Source: Lachnospiraceae bacterium UBA938 (GTDB taxonomy: Bacteria; Bacillota; Clostridia; Lachnospirales; Lachnospiraceae). From it: a DNA stretch of 64,000 nucleotides. Every line of letters begins with the position of its first letter. Position 1 is the first letter of the stretch. Positions 26,705-38,200 of this stretch are shown here, piece after piece. The position numbers and the translations under genes are program-made. The stretch is taken from assembly GCA_002293475.1 (NCBI GenBank), contig DBDG01000059.1, forward strand, positions 31,726 to 95,725. Direction: 5' to 3'. The notes beneath the pieces are model-generated. The model worked only from the letters and a program-made list of their open reading frames with translations, ran no database searches and was not told where the DNA came from.

Positions 26705-28429
26705 GTGTTCAATTTGCAGAAAAAGATACTTGTAAAATCATTTGTAAAGCCCTATCAATACTGGATAATAATTATTGTCGCGGCAGCGATTATTGGCACG
26801 GCTACAGATATCGCAGTGGTTTATTATGTTCAGATGTTAATTGATGACACGGTAATGTCAAATACGAGCATAAATAATATAATTAACATATGCTTATATT
26901 TAATAACAACTACTTTTTTGGGCATTTTAGTTAGATTTATTGTAAAGAAAGGTACAATGCTATTTGGGGTTTATGTAGTCAGGGATATCCGTCAGAGTGC
27001 CTATCGCCATATAAGTATCATACCCGTTTCTGATCTAGAGAGGTTTCATACCGGTGATATTGTCTCAAGACTTACAAACGATATTTTTACTATTCAGAAT
27101 TTTCTCCAAAATGATTTTTACTATCTCATATATTATCCGCTCTTGATATTTTTTACCTTTGTCTATATGCTCATTATTAATTGGAAGCTTGTCTTGTTTA
27201 GCTCCCTGCTTACTCCGATGATCCTCTTTTTGATTACGCTTTTAAGCAAACCGATAACGAAGTACACCAAATATATTCAAGAAAGCCTGGGCGATGCCAA
27301 TTCACTGGTTCGCGACAGCGTAGTGGGGGCTTCGGCAATAAAAACTTATAGCTTAAGCAGGTTCATGTCAGAAAAATATAAGGGGATTATGAAAGAATTA
27401 TTACAAAAGAGTCTTTCGCTAGAAAAGCTCCGCAGTGTCCTAGCGCCTGCCAATGTCGTATTAAGATTGCTCCCCTTTGTGTTATGCCTGCTATATGGCG
27501 GGTATTTAATGGTTCAGGGATCATTGGATATTGCTGGTTTTATCGCTTTTTTTCCGCTGCTTAATTACATGCTTCAGCCGACGGCCATGATACCTTATTA
27601 TATTGGCAGTATCAGAGCAGTAACAGCGGTGACGGAGCACATTTTTGACATATTTGCCCTGCCGCATGAAAGGCAAGACGGAGGGAGTTTTTTGCTGGAC
27701 GGACATTCTGTTGTGTTAGAGTTCGATAAGGTTTCCTTCCAATACGGGGATCATGAAAAAGTCCTTGATAATTTAAGCTTTCAGTTAGAAACAGGAAAAA
27801 CCATAGCTATCGTCGGTTTAAGCGGCAGCGGAAAAAGCACCATACTTAAACTGGGATGTGGGTTTTATGAGCCGACGGATGGACAGATCAGGCTAGGCGG
27901 GACATCCTATTCCGAATGGAACCTGAAAAAGGCAAGGGAGAATATCGCTGTGGTGTCACAGGATAATTATCTTTTTCACGCCAGCATAGCGGATAATATT
28001 TCCTGCGGCAGGCCTGAGACTGTCAGAGAGGACATCATAGAAGCGGCGCAAGCCGCCGGTGCCCATGAATTTATTGTTAAGCTGCCTAGCGGCTATGACA
28101 CTTTAGTAGGAGAAATGGGAACAGGAATCTCAGGAGGACAACGACAGAGAATCGCAATAGCAAGGGCTTTCCTGAAAAATGCCCCGATATTTTTCTTTGA
28201 TGAACCGACATCAGCACTTGACACCCAGACAGAAGCTTCTGTGCACGATGCCCTTGTGAAGCTGAAAACAAAATACTCTGTACTTATTGTGACGCACCGT
28301 TTGAGCACCGCGAAGCTGGCAGATGAGATCATCGTTCTGGACGGAGGGCGTATCGTACAGACCGGCTCACATGACCAGTTGCTGAAGGAAGAAGGGGCAT
28401 ATAAAGCACTTTACAGTTCCTTAAGCTAG
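26705..28429 (+). CDS. ABC exporter, fused permease-ATPase (half transporter)
   Basis: Six N-terminal TM helices. Walker A 'GLSGSGKST', signature 'ISGGQRQRIAIARA'. No N-terminal C39 peptidase domain. Confidence 0.85.
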   Translation: MFNLQKKILVKSFVKPYQYWIIIIVAAAIIGTATDIAVVYYVQMLIDDTVMSNTSINNIINICLYLITTTFLGILVRFIVKKGTMLFGVYVVRDIRQSAYRHISIIPVSDLERFHTGDIVSRLTNDIFTIQNFLQNDFYYLIYYPLLIFFTFVYMLIINWKLVLFSSLLTPMILFLITLLSKPITKYTKYIQESLGDANSLVRDSVVGASAIKTYSLSRFMSEKYKGIMKELLQKSLSLEKLRSVLAPANVVLRLLPFVLCLLYGGYLMVQGSLDIAGFIAFFPLLNYMLQPTAMIPYYIGSIRAVTAVTEHIFDIFALPHERQDGGSFLLDGHSVVLEFDKVSFQYGDHEKVLDNLSFQLETGKTIAIVGLSGSGKSTILKLGCGFYEPTDGQIRLGGTSYSEWNLKKARENIAVVSQDNYLFHASIADNISCGRPETVREDIIEAAQAAGAHEFIVKLPSGYDTLVGEMGTGISGGQRQRIAIARAFLKNAPIFFFDEPTSALDTQTEASVHDALVKLKTKYSVLIVTHRLSTAKLADEIIVLDGGRIVQTGSHDQLLKEEGAYKALYSSLS

Positions 28430-28459
28430 AGATTGATATTTGTTTAACTATAATACGTT

Positions 28460-30217
28460 GTGGCGCAGATGGGAGATGAGATGGGAGAAATAAAAAAACT
28501 GTTTTCTTTGATGGGGCGAAGAAAGTACGGATATTTGACAGGGATTCTTATAACCGCCTGTGCGGAGACAAGTATTTATATTGTGGTTTCTTTTGTGCTA
28601 CGGGATATGTATAATGCCGGGGTGCGTACAGATATGGCGATCCTGATCCGAGCGGCCGGAATTATGGGGATAACAACAATTACTGTCAGCATTTTATATG
28701 GTATGTTCAGTTACATGTACAATGCTTCGGCCAGAAAGGCAATGGCTGAAATAAGGCTTAAGTCATATGTGACGGCAGGAAACCTCCCGGTTTCTTATTT
28801 CGAGCAAAATCACAGTGGCGATGTTGTGTCCAGAATGACTAATGATATGCAACTTCTGGAGCAGATATACACCCTTCAGATTTACTCATTTGCCTACACA
28901 GTCATTTATGGAAGCGCCTCGGCAGTATTCATGCTACTGACTGACTGGCAGCTCTCTATATATTTTCTGGCAATGGGAGGGATATTGCTGGGGATAAACG
29001 CCGGACTGGCAAAAGCACTGCGACGGCTAAGTAAAAAGATTCAGGAATTACAGAGCCGGCTGACTTCCGGGCTGTCAGATTTGCTATCTGGCCTGAAGAT
29101 TGTCAGGATGTTCCATCTAGAAGTAATTACCTATAAGGAATATGAGGAGCTGAACCGGGAATCGGTTCGCTTGAATAAGAGACGTGCCAATAAAAATGCC
29201 TTGATTGAGAGCACTAATTATTTCATGGGTACGGCCAGCTATGCCGGACTGGTTGCGGTGGGAGTTTTAATGGCGACATTGGGCAAGATTGAAGTGGATA
29301 AGGTGATCGGTCTTACGCAATTGATGATGGGGGTCACTTTTATGTTTCAGCAACTAGGCAATGCCGTTGCCGGCTTGCAGAGCTCGCTGGCCGGGGCGAG
29401 GAGGGTGACGGAGCTGTTGAATGAGAAACCGGAACCGGAATCCTATCATAATCTGGTGATTTCCGAGCAGGCAGAGTACGCCTTGTCGGTGGAGCATCTA
29501 TATTTCAGCTATGATGGTTCTGCCAACATCCTTGAAGATATCAGCCTTAACGTAAAGGCTGGGGAGATGATTGCGATAGTAGGCAACAGCGGGAGTGGAA
29601 AAAGTACATTGATAAAGGTGCTGTTAGGGCTTTATGAAGCCGACAGCGGAATGATTACAGTCAAAAATAACGCTACTACGACTGGAACGATAAACAGGCT
29701 CAGAAGTTCGATGTCTTATGTATCGCAGGATGTCTGTCTGTTCAATGCCAGCATCAGGGAGAACGTAAGCTATGGAAGGTTCGATGCAAAGGATGCGGAA
29801 ATCGAAGCAGTATGCCGGGCAGCACATGCCCATGATTTTATTGTAGAATTCGAAGAGGGTTATGACACGTCAGCAGGTGAAAACGGGTCAAGGCTGTCAG
29901 GCGGTCAGAAACAAAGAATTGCATTGGCTAGGGCTCTGTTAAAAGAAGCACCCATCATCCTGCTGGATGAAGCGACATCGGCATTGGATAATCAGACAGA
30001 GCGGTATGTGCAGGAGTCGATGGTAGAACTGATAAAAGGGCGGACAGCGATAGTAGTAGCCCATCGGCTTTCGACGATAAAAAATGCGGATAGGATCTAT
30101 GTTATGGATAAGGGCAGGATTGTTGAATGTGGCAGCCATGATGAACTGCTGCAGACTGGAGGAGTGTATGCCGGTCTCTACCATATTCAGAGGATAGAAA
30201 ACAAGCTAAAGGAATAG
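28460..30217 (+). CDS. ABC exporter, fused permease-ATPase (probable heterodimer partner)
   Basis: Walker A 'GNSGSGKST', signature 'LSGGQKQRIALARA'. The start is ambiguous: GTG 28460, or ATG 28481 after 'gggag'. Confidence 0.85.
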   Translation: MAQMGDEMGEIKKLFSLMGRRKYGYLTGILITACAETSIYIVVSFVLRDMYNAGVRTDMAILIRAAGIMGITTITVSILYGMFSYMYNASARKAMAEIRLKSYVTAGNLPVSYFEQNHSGDVVSRMTNDMQLLEQIYTLQIYSFAYTVIYGSASAVFMLLTDWQLSIYFLAMGGILLGINAGLAKALRRLSKKIQELQSRLTSGLSDLLSGLKIVRMFHLEVITYKEYEELNRESVRLNKRRANKNALIESTNYFMGTASYAGLVAVGVLMATLGKIEVDKVIGLTQLMMGVTFMFQQLGNAVAGLQSSLAGARRVTELLNEKPEPESYHNLVISEQAEYALSVEHLYFSYDGSANILEDISLNVKAGEMIAIVGNSGSGKSTLIKVLLGLYEADSGMITVKNNATTTGTINRLRSSMSYVSQDVCLFNASIRENVSYGRFDAKDAEIEAVCRAAHAHDFIVEFEEGYDTSAGENGSRLSGGQKQRIALARALLKEAPIILLDEATSALDNQTERYVQESMVELIKGRTAIVVAHRLSTIKNADRIYVMDKGRIVECGSHDELLQTGGVYAGLYHIQRIENKLKE

Positions 30218-30227
30218 GGAAAAACAT

Positions 30228-33200
30228 ATGAAAATTACCAAAGAGCAGCTGTTTGGGCTGACACATGCACAAAAGCGGATATGGTACGGTGAGAAACTGT
30301 ATCCGGAATTACGGGATGAAATTATATGTCTTATTATTGCTTTTACAGTAGAGATATGTCCCGACTTATTAGCAGAGGCAGTAAATGCCTTGATCAGAAA
30401 CAACCCCGATATGAGGTTAAGAATGCATTCCCAGGACGGGGAATGTATGCAGTATTATTCAGAATATCATGGTTATCAAGCAGAGGTTCTGGAATTTGCC
30501 GGGGTAGAAGCGGACAGACAGGCAGAACAGTATTTCAGTGACCTGTATGACCAGAAATTTGCGTTGTATCATTGTGATCTTTTTCATTTCTCCGTTTTAA
30601 AAATCAACAATTCCGTTAGGTTTTTTATTAAAATTCATCATTTAATCTCCGACAACTGTACCATTGCCCTTATTATGGATAAAGTATTGGGTTATTACCG
30701 GACACTGAAAGCAGGGCAGAAGGTCCTGGAGCCTATCGGGGAGCAAGGCAGGTACCGGCAGTATTACCAGTGGGAACAAGAGTATCTGGTTTCTGATAAG
30801 TATTCACAGAACAAAGAATATTGGAATAATAAATTCAAGACAGTTCCCGATGAATTAAGCATAGAACCGTTTAAGACATTAAACCGGCAGGATTACAGCT
30901 CGGCCAAGTCTAAATTTGTGATGCCCGTTGAATTTGTCGACAATATTAAAAGATTCTGCGGTAAATATGATACTACGGTTTACCGGGTTATTTTAGCAGC
31001 ACTGTACATCTACATTTATAAGGCATCAAGCAGAGAAGATATCATTATTTCCACTCTGAAGCATAATAGAACGGAAGCAACCATGGATATATTGGGGATG
31101 TTTGTATGCACGGTTCCGGTTCGCTTAGCAATAGATAAAGAAATGGATTTTCTGGCTGTTTTGCGCCTACTCAGAAAGGAATTGCGATTATGTGCAAAAA
31201 ATCAAGACTATCCGTATGACCAGCTCATAAATGACCTCAGGGAGAATGGTGTAGACAACGGAAATTATCTTAATGATATCCAAGTGTCTTATCATACGGC
31301 ATATCCGGCAGAAATTGATTATGCGACATGGTACTTTAAAGGCGGCATTGCCAATGCAATTTATTTTACCATAAGCGACTGGGGGGATAACGGAATACTG
31401 GACTTCGAGATCAATTATCGTACGTCGCTCTTTGACGAAGCAGCCATCAACAGAATATACCGCTGTATGTGCAGATTGATAGAGGAAGGAATCCGATATC
31501 CGGAACATAAGCTCGCACAGCTAGACATGCTCGGTGCCGAACAGACAAACAAGCTACTGTTTGAATTTAATGCCACTACGGCAGCTTATCCCGATCAGTC
31601 GACGATACATCAGCAGTTTGAAGCACAAGCCGAAAGAACTCCGGATCTGATTGCGGTTATTTATAAAGCAACAGCGCTGACTTATTCACAGCTGAACGCT
31701 AGGACTAATCAATTGGCGCGGACACTTAGAAAAGCGGGGGTTAACCGAGACAGTATTATTGCGCTGCTGCTTAACCGGACAGAAGAAATGATAATAGCTA
31801 TACTCGCCATCCTAAAAGCAGGCGGCGCATATCTACCGATAGATTCTAGCTATCCCCTTGATAGAATCAGCTATATGATCAAAGACTCAGGCGCGGAAAT
31901 CATATTGACAAAGACGGATATGGCTGGGCTGTCTTACGCGGGAAAAGAAATATTTATTGACGATAACGTTTTTTATGATGCCGACCAGAGTAATCTGGCC
32001 AATATAAACAAAAGCTGTGATCTGGCATATATGATCTATACGTCCGGCTCTACCGGAAAACCCAAGGGAGTCATGATAGAACATCGGGCAGTTCTTAATT
32101 TTGTTAAAGGAATGACGGACCGCATCGATTTTCATGAGAATAAGACCATTTTATCGTTAACCACCATTTCCTTTGATATTTTCGTGTTAGAGGCCCTGCT
32201 TCCCTTGATGACAGGAATGAAAACGGTTATTGCTGATGAAACGCAACAGTACGACCCTGTCCAAATGAACAGTCTGATTATCACAAATAATGTTGATATC
32301 ATCCAGATGACACCGTCTCGCATGCAGCTGCTTTTAGCAAACGGACAGAATATCACCGGACTGAAAGACATTAAGGAAATACTGCTGGGCGGCGAGGCGG
32401 TTACGGAGAGCCTCATCAGAAGCTTAAGGCCGTTGACCGGCGCGAAGCTATACAATATGTACGGCCCCACGGAAACGACAGTCTGGTCATCGGTAAAAAG
32501 TATTGAGAAGAATGACGAGATTACAATCGGAAAACCTATTGCCAATACCCGTATTTATATTGTAAATAAGCATAACGAGCTTGTGCCGGCCGGGGTTATA
32601 GGAGAAATCTGTATCGCTGGGACCGGAGTTGCCAGGGGATATCATAACCGAGAAGAGCTTAACCGAGAAAAGTTTGTTAAAATCCCCGCCGGCTTTAGTA
32701 AGGACGGTGGCGGGCATGAGATTATGTATCGAACCGGGGATCTGGGGTGGTGGCGGCCGGACGGTGACATAGAATTCGTGGGAAGAATAGATACACAAGT
32801 CAAGCTTAGGGGATACCGGATCGAACTGGAAGAGATAGAGAGGGCTGCTATGGAACACGGGTCGATTACTAAATGTGCGGCTATCGTGAAAGAGAATAAC
32901 AAGGGGCATCAATATCTTGTCCTGTATTATGCGGCCGGGGAAACTATTGCCGCCCAAGAGCTTGATCGCTTTTTGAAAGATAAGCTGCCTCATTACATGA
33001 TACCGGGCGATTTTATCTGGATGAAAGAATTACCGATGACACCCAACGGCAAGCTCAACAGGCAAGCGTTACCGGAATCGACTTTGCCGGCAGAGCCAGT
33101 AAGCAATACATTCATAGATCCCGAAACTAGGTATGAAAAGCAGGTACTTGATATCTGGAAAAAAGTACTGGATAAGGATGCCATTGATATTCATGAGAAT

Positions 33201-33974
33201 TTTTTTGAAACTGGCGGGAATTCATTCTTTTTGATTATGATGCATTCACTGCTGGATGAAAAGTATCCCGGAAAGGTCAAGATCGCGGATATTTTTGATC
33301 ATCCGACTATTTACCGACTGGCAGCTTATATTGAGAAGCAGGCAGATAGCATTGACAAAAACGGCATTATAGATAAAATCCTTACTCTGAAGCTTCCTAG
33401 GAAATACTTTGCGGAAGACAAAGATGGCCATGAAGGCGGCTCGCTGCATGTAAAGCTGGATTCTTCCTTACACAATGAGATAATCGGCATATGCCGATCA
33501 AACAATATAGAATCAGAGTATTTCATGTTGGGAATGTATCTTTATCTTTTGGCGGAAGTTTCTCAGAATGATATCGTATCGGTTCAGGCTGTCAGCAGCG
33601 ATTCGGCCAGTATGCGGCAGATAAATGTTAATTTTGCTGATGTTTCCAAGTTGGAAGCTTTGTTCTGTCAAGTAAAGGATAGCTGCAGCCCCACCGGAGA
33701 TGGATTGAAATATAAGCTGGAAAATCTCAATTATCTGGCGCTCATAAAGGAGCCGAATACGATCCTGCCAGTATTTAGCTACAATAAGGAAGAAGTTTAT
33801 ATCAAGAGAGCAATGTATGACCTTATGCTTTCGATAAAGTGTACGGAAGATGGCATGGAGTTTTATGTAGACAGCATTAACAATAGAATTAACCAAAGAA
33901 CAATGAAAGCGCTGGCAGCAGGATATGTAGACCTGTTATACGCTTACGTTAAACAAACTAAAGTCAAGATTTAA
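30228..33974 (+). CDS. NRPS module C-A-T with a C-terminal truncated condensation-like region; A domain predicted to activate glycine
   Basis: C domain 'HHLISDNCT' (HHxxxD). A domain 'LAYMIYTSGSTGKPKG', 'NMYGPTETT', 'YRTGDL', 'PNGKLNRQAL'. PCP 'FFETGGNSFFL'. Hand alignment to GrsA-PheA gives the specificity code D-I-L-Q-L-G-M-V-W-K. Confidence 0.85.
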   Translation: MKITKEQLFGLTHAQKRIWYGEKLYPELRDEIICLIIAFTVEICPDLLAEAVNALIRNNPDMRLRMHSQDGECMQYYSEYHGYQAEVLEFAGVEADRQAEQYFSDLYDQKFALYHCDLFHFSVLKINNSVRFFIKIHHLISDNCTIALIMDKVLGYYRTLKAGQKVLEPIGEQGRYRQYYQWEQEYLVSDKYSQNKEYWNNKFKTVPDELSIEPFKTLNRQDYSSAKSKFVMPVEFVDNIKRFCGKYDTTVYRVILAALYIYIYKASSREDIIISTLKHNRTEATMDILGMFVCTVPVRLAIDKEMDFLAVLRLLRKELRLCAKNQDYPYDQLINDLRENGVDNGNYLNDIQVSYHTAYPAEIDYATWYFKGGIANAIYFTISDWGDNGILDFEINYRTSLFDEAAINRIYRCMCRLIEEGIRYPEHKLAQLDMLGAEQTNKLLFEFNATTAAYPDQSTIHQQFEAQAERTPDLIAVIYKATALTYSQLNARTNQLARTLRKAGVNRDSIIALLLNRTEEMIIAILAILKAGGAYLPIDSSYPLDRISYMIKDSGAEIILTKTDMAGLSYAGKEIFIDDNVFYDADQSNLANINKSCDLAYMIYTSGSTGKPKGVMIEHRAVLNFVKGMTDRIDFHENKTILSLTTISFDIFVLEALLPLMTGMKTVIADETQQYDPVQMNSLIITNNVDIIQMTPSRMQLLLANGQNITGLKDIKEILLGGEAVTESLIRSLRPLTGAKLYNMYGPTETTVWSSVKSIEKNDEITIGKPIANTRIYIVNKHNELVPAGVIGEICIAGTGVARGYHNREELNREKFVKIPAGFSKDGGGHEIMYRTGDLGWWRPDGDIEFVGRIDTQVKLRGYRIELEEIERAAMEHGSITKCAAIVKENNKGHQYLVLYYAAGETIAAQELDRFLKDKLPHYMIPGDFIWMKELPMTPNGKLNRQALPESTLPAEPVSNTFIDPETRYEKQVLDIWKKVLDKDAIDIHENFFETGGNSFFLIMMHSLLDEKYPGKVKIADIFDHPTIYRLAAYIEKQADSIDKNGIIDKILTLKLPRKYFAEDKDGHEGGSLHVKLDSSLHNEIIGICRSNNIESEYFMLGMYLYLLAEVSQNDIVSVQAVSSDSASMRQINVNFADVSKLEALFCQVKDSCSPTGDGLKYKLENLNYLALIKEPNTILPVFSYNKEEVYIKRAMYDLMLSIKCTEDGMEFYVDSINNRINQRTMKALAAGYVDLLYAYVKQTKVKI

Positions 33975-33986
33975 AGGAGGATTGTC

Positions 33987-35267
33987 ATGAGTAAGATTGC
34001 TTTTATGTATCCAGGGCAGGGGTCACAGTACGTCGGAATGGGGAAGTCTTTATGGGAGAATTTTTCACTGGTTAAAGAAATATATGAGGAAGCGGAAAAT
34101 ATACTGGGTTTCGGGCTGAAGCAGCTTTGTTTTGAAGGGAGCATGGAAGAACTGTCGCAGACGGAGAATACTCAGCCGGCTATATTCGTGGCAAGCTATG
34201 CGGCATACCGGGTGCTGACGGCGGAAACGGGCATACGGCCGCTCTTAAGTGCCGGCCATAGCTTGGGGGAGATCACGGCGCTGACTTGTGCCGAGGCAAT
34301 CCGTTTCCCAGACGCGGTCAGGATCATAAGGGAGAGAGGGAGGCTGATGCAGGAAGCGGCAGCGGCCGAAAGCGGGATCATGGTTGCTATATCCGGAGTG
34401 GATAAAACAACCATCAAAGAAGAATGTGAAAAGGCCAGCCGGCCGGGTGATATTGTAGCTATATCCAACTATAACTCACCGATGCAGGTTGTCATATCAG
34501 GAAACCGCGATGCTGTGGAAAGGTTATGTGCAAAGATGAAAGAGCTTGACGGCAGGACGGTTCAATTGAAAGTAAGCGCCCCCTTTCATAGCCCGATTAT
34601 GGCTCCCGCCGCCGCCGCACTGGAAGCAGTCCTCCAGGATTATCGCTACGCAGAACCGAAATTTGACGTGGTCTCCAATGTAGATGCTAGAACCTATGCC
34701 GGAGCCCATGAAATAATTCCCCGGCTTAAAGAACAGATGGTGAAACCGGTTAGATGGCAGGAATCCATGAAGTATTTCCGCCGGCTGGAGATTGATACGG
34801 CGATTGAAATCGGACCGCATAATGTCTTAAAAAAACTGATGGTTCAGAATATACATTCGGTCAATACATTTTCTTGTGAAAAAGAGAAGGATATATCGGA
34901 GCTAAAGAACAGGCTTGGCACGGCGCCGGAGCAAGAGCCGCCTGCCCGCCCGGAGCTTTCGGTGGTTACCAAGTGTATGGCAGTTGCTGTCTGTACCAAA
35001 AACCGTAATTGGAATAATAATGAATATGAACAGGGAGTGATACGCCCATATAACAGGGTCCAAAAGATCCAGGAGAGAATTCAAAATGAGGGACGGCAGC
35101 CGGACATTGCGGAAATGAAAGAGGCTATCAATATGCTGATAAGTGTGTTTAATACAAAGAAGACACCCGTCCAGGAGCAGAACATCCGCTTTCAACAGAT
35201 TTACGAACAAACAGGAACAAAGGAACTATTTCGCGAATTGGGTTTGATATCGGCCAAAGCAATCTAA
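33987..35267 (+). CDS. Discrete (trans-acting) malonyl-CoA:ACP acyltransferase with a ~130-aa C-terminal extension
   Basis: FabD-like motifs 'MYPGQGSQYVGMG', 'GHSLGEITAL' and 'SAPFHSP'. The flanking PKSs lack AT domains. Confidence 0.85.
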   Translation: MSKIAFMYPGQGSQYVGMGKSLWENFSLVKEIYEEAENILGFGLKQLCFEGSMEELSQTENTQPAIFVASYAAYRVLTAETGIRPLLSAGHSLGEITALTCAEAIRFPDAVRIIRERGRLMQEAAAAESGIMVAISGVDKTTIKEECEKASRPGDIVAISNYNSPMQVVISGNRDAVERLCAKMKELDGRTVQLKVSAPFHSPIMAPAAAALEAVLQDYRYAEPKFDVVSNVDARTYAGAHEIIPRLKEQMVKPVRWQESMKYFRRLEIDTAIEIGPHNVLKKLMVQNIHSVNTFSCEKEKDISELKNRLGTAPEQEPPARPELSVVTKCMAVAVCTKNRNWNNNEYEQGVIRPYNRVQKIQERIQNEGRQPDIAEMKEAINMLISVFNTKKTPVQEQNIRFQQIYEQTGTKELFRELGLISAKAI

Positions 35268-35283
35268 GTGAAAGGGGTGCGGT

Positions 35284-38200
35284 ATGCAGAAATTAATTGA
35301 TTTTAAATATATTGATATTGAAGAAGGTAAGGACTGGGACAGACTCCCCGAAACCGACCGGAAAAATATTGCGGTAATCGGCCTGTCGGCAAAATTAGGA
35401 GGAACTAAGAATAAGGAGGACCTCTGGAGAATGTTGGCAGACGGCAAAGATGCCATAAAGCCCTTTCCGGAGCAAAGAAGGCAGGATGTAAACCGTTATC
35501 TGAATTCTTTGCGGTTATATCCAGACAAGATAGACTATCACCATGGGGCATACATGGAAGAAATAGATAAATTTGACTATAAGTTTTTTAAGATTTCTAA
35601 AAAGGAAGCCGACCTGATGGAGCCGAATCAGAGAGCATTCTTAGAAACGGCATGGGAAGCAGTCGAGGACGCCGGTTATGGGGGAGCGCAGTTATCCGGC
35701 AAAAACATAGGTGTCTTCTTAGGATATAGTTCTGACTTCGGCGAAGAGTATAAAAAGATAGTCCAGATGATGGATCCGGCCAGTGCAAAACTGGCTGCTA
35801 CCGGGAACATCAAATCGATTATTTCAAGCAGAATCTCTTATTTATTAGACCTGCACGGTCCCAGTGTGATGATTGACACAGCCTGCTCCTCTAGTCTTGT
35901 GGCGATTCATGAGGCCTGCCGCTCGATCAGGAACGGGGAATGTGAGGCGGCGATTGCCGGCGGCGTCAAGATTCTGATGATACCGGGAACAGCAGAGAGC
36001 TGTGCTGAAGCAGGAATCCATATTATAAGCGATATTTTGTCTTCAGACGGAAAGACGAGGACATTTGACGACAATTCGGACGGTACCATGCTGGGAGAGG
36101 GAACAGCAGCCGTTTTGCTTAAGCCTCTGAACCGGGCTATCGTGGATAAAGACCATATATATGCTGTTATCAAAGGCAGTGCCATCAATCAGGATGGCGG
36201 TTCAATTGGGATCACGGCACCCAATTCAGCGGCCCAGGAAGAGGTGATCTGCAAAGCATGGAGGGATTCGGACATTGCCGTGGACACTATTTCCTATATC
36301 GAGGCACACGGAACGGGAACAAGGCTAGGGGATAGCGTGGAGATTAACGGATTAGAAAGGGCATTCCGTAAGCACACTGATAAAAAGCAGTTCTGCGCAA
36401 TCAGTTCCATTAAGACAAATATCGGACATCTGGACTGTACTGCCGGAATATCCGGTTTTACCAAAGCCATTCTTTCTTTACACAAGAAAAAGCTGCCGCC
36501 CAGTCTTAATTTTACTTGCCCGAACAGAAACATCCCGCTTGTGGATTCCCCAGTATTCATCAATGACAGCCTGACTGACTGGGATACCGGAGACATTCCC
36601 AGAAGATGCGGGGTAAGCTCATTTGGACTCAGCGGCACCAATTGCCATATTATCCTGGAAGAGGCTCCGGTTATGGAAGTAACGGAAGTAAGTAAGGGAA
36701 TTAAGAGGACAAACCTGTTTGTTCTATCCGCGCAAGACCCCCATTCCCTAAAGGCAATGGTAATAAAATATATTGATTATTTCTATACCGATAACCCGGC
36801 TTCCATAAACGACATATGCTACACTGCCAGCATAGGCAGAGGGCATTACCGGTACCGCTTGGCCATACCGGTAAAGAGTATTGAAGAGTTAGAATGTAAG
36901 CTGGTTTTACTGCAATCCAATAACTTCCAATATGATAAGGTAAAGGACGTGTATTATGGAGAACACATAGTAGTAAGCCAGGCTAAGGAGGACAAGGAAC
37001 AAGGCGACATCACCGCGGAAGAAAAGCGCAGTCTTACGGCACAGGCTAATTCCTTGATACAATATTTTATCACAGGCCGGACAACTGCTGAACAATATAA
37101 TAATCTAGCGAACTGCTATATCAGAGGGGCTGATATAGCATGGGAAACATTGTATCATGCCGGAAGCTATCGGAGAGTAAACCTGCCGACCTATGCGTTT
37201 TTAGAAACCAGATGCTGGGTAGAGGATAACGGTAATAAAATTAATACGATGCCCCAAAAGACTGATTCAATAAGTCCGTTGATTGATACCCGTCTGGCCA
37301 AGACCTTGAGCCAGGAGATTTACACGACCTGTTTTAGGGTAGAGCGGCAGTGGGTTTTACGGGAGCATAAAGTGTTCGGCAAATATGTTGTTCCCGGGAC
37401 GGCCTATATTGAAATGCTAAGGACAGTACTGGATAAAGGGAGCAGTGCCCAGCATGTGATGATACGGGATCTCAAATTTACCGCCGCACTTGCGTTGGAA
37501 GAAGCTGAAGAAAGAGAAGCCCATCTGCTCATCCGGGATCTAGGTGACCACATAGAATATGAGATTGCCAGCAAGAGTGAAAAGTCGGATGAATGGGTGA
37601 TACATGTGAGCGGGGAAGCTGTATATGTTACCGAAGCAGGGGAAGAGGCATGGGATCTTACGGAACTCCTTTCCCGGTTTACCAAAACCGATGCCCTGAC
37701 GTACCGGCAGTTCCCGGATAACCCGATTCAAACCGGAGCCAGATGGGATACCTATGGTCAGATATTCCATAAGGCAGATGAATACGTTTCCCATATTAAG
37801 CTTGCGGAAAGCTACCACGAGGATCTGCAGGAGTACTTTATCCATCCTTCCATGATGGATTGTGCGGTCAATACGGCCAATGCGTTTATCGGAGACGGAT
37901 ATTACCTGCCATTTTCCTATAAGAAACTAATAATATATGGTGCGACTCCGCCGTCTTTTTATTGTCATCTTAAACGGAAGGATAAGCACAATAGTGATGA
38001 AACGGCAACCTTTGATATTGTATTTCTGGATATGGAAGGCAAAGTTTTATTGAAAGCAGAAGAATATGTCATCAAGAAAGTCAGAGATTCCATCAAAGAA
38101 AACCGCGCAGACAGTTATTATCGGACCGCATGGGTCAAGAAGCCGGCAACTGAGCTAAGAGCCGGCTTGGCGACCGGACGCGTGCTGGTATTCACCAGCG

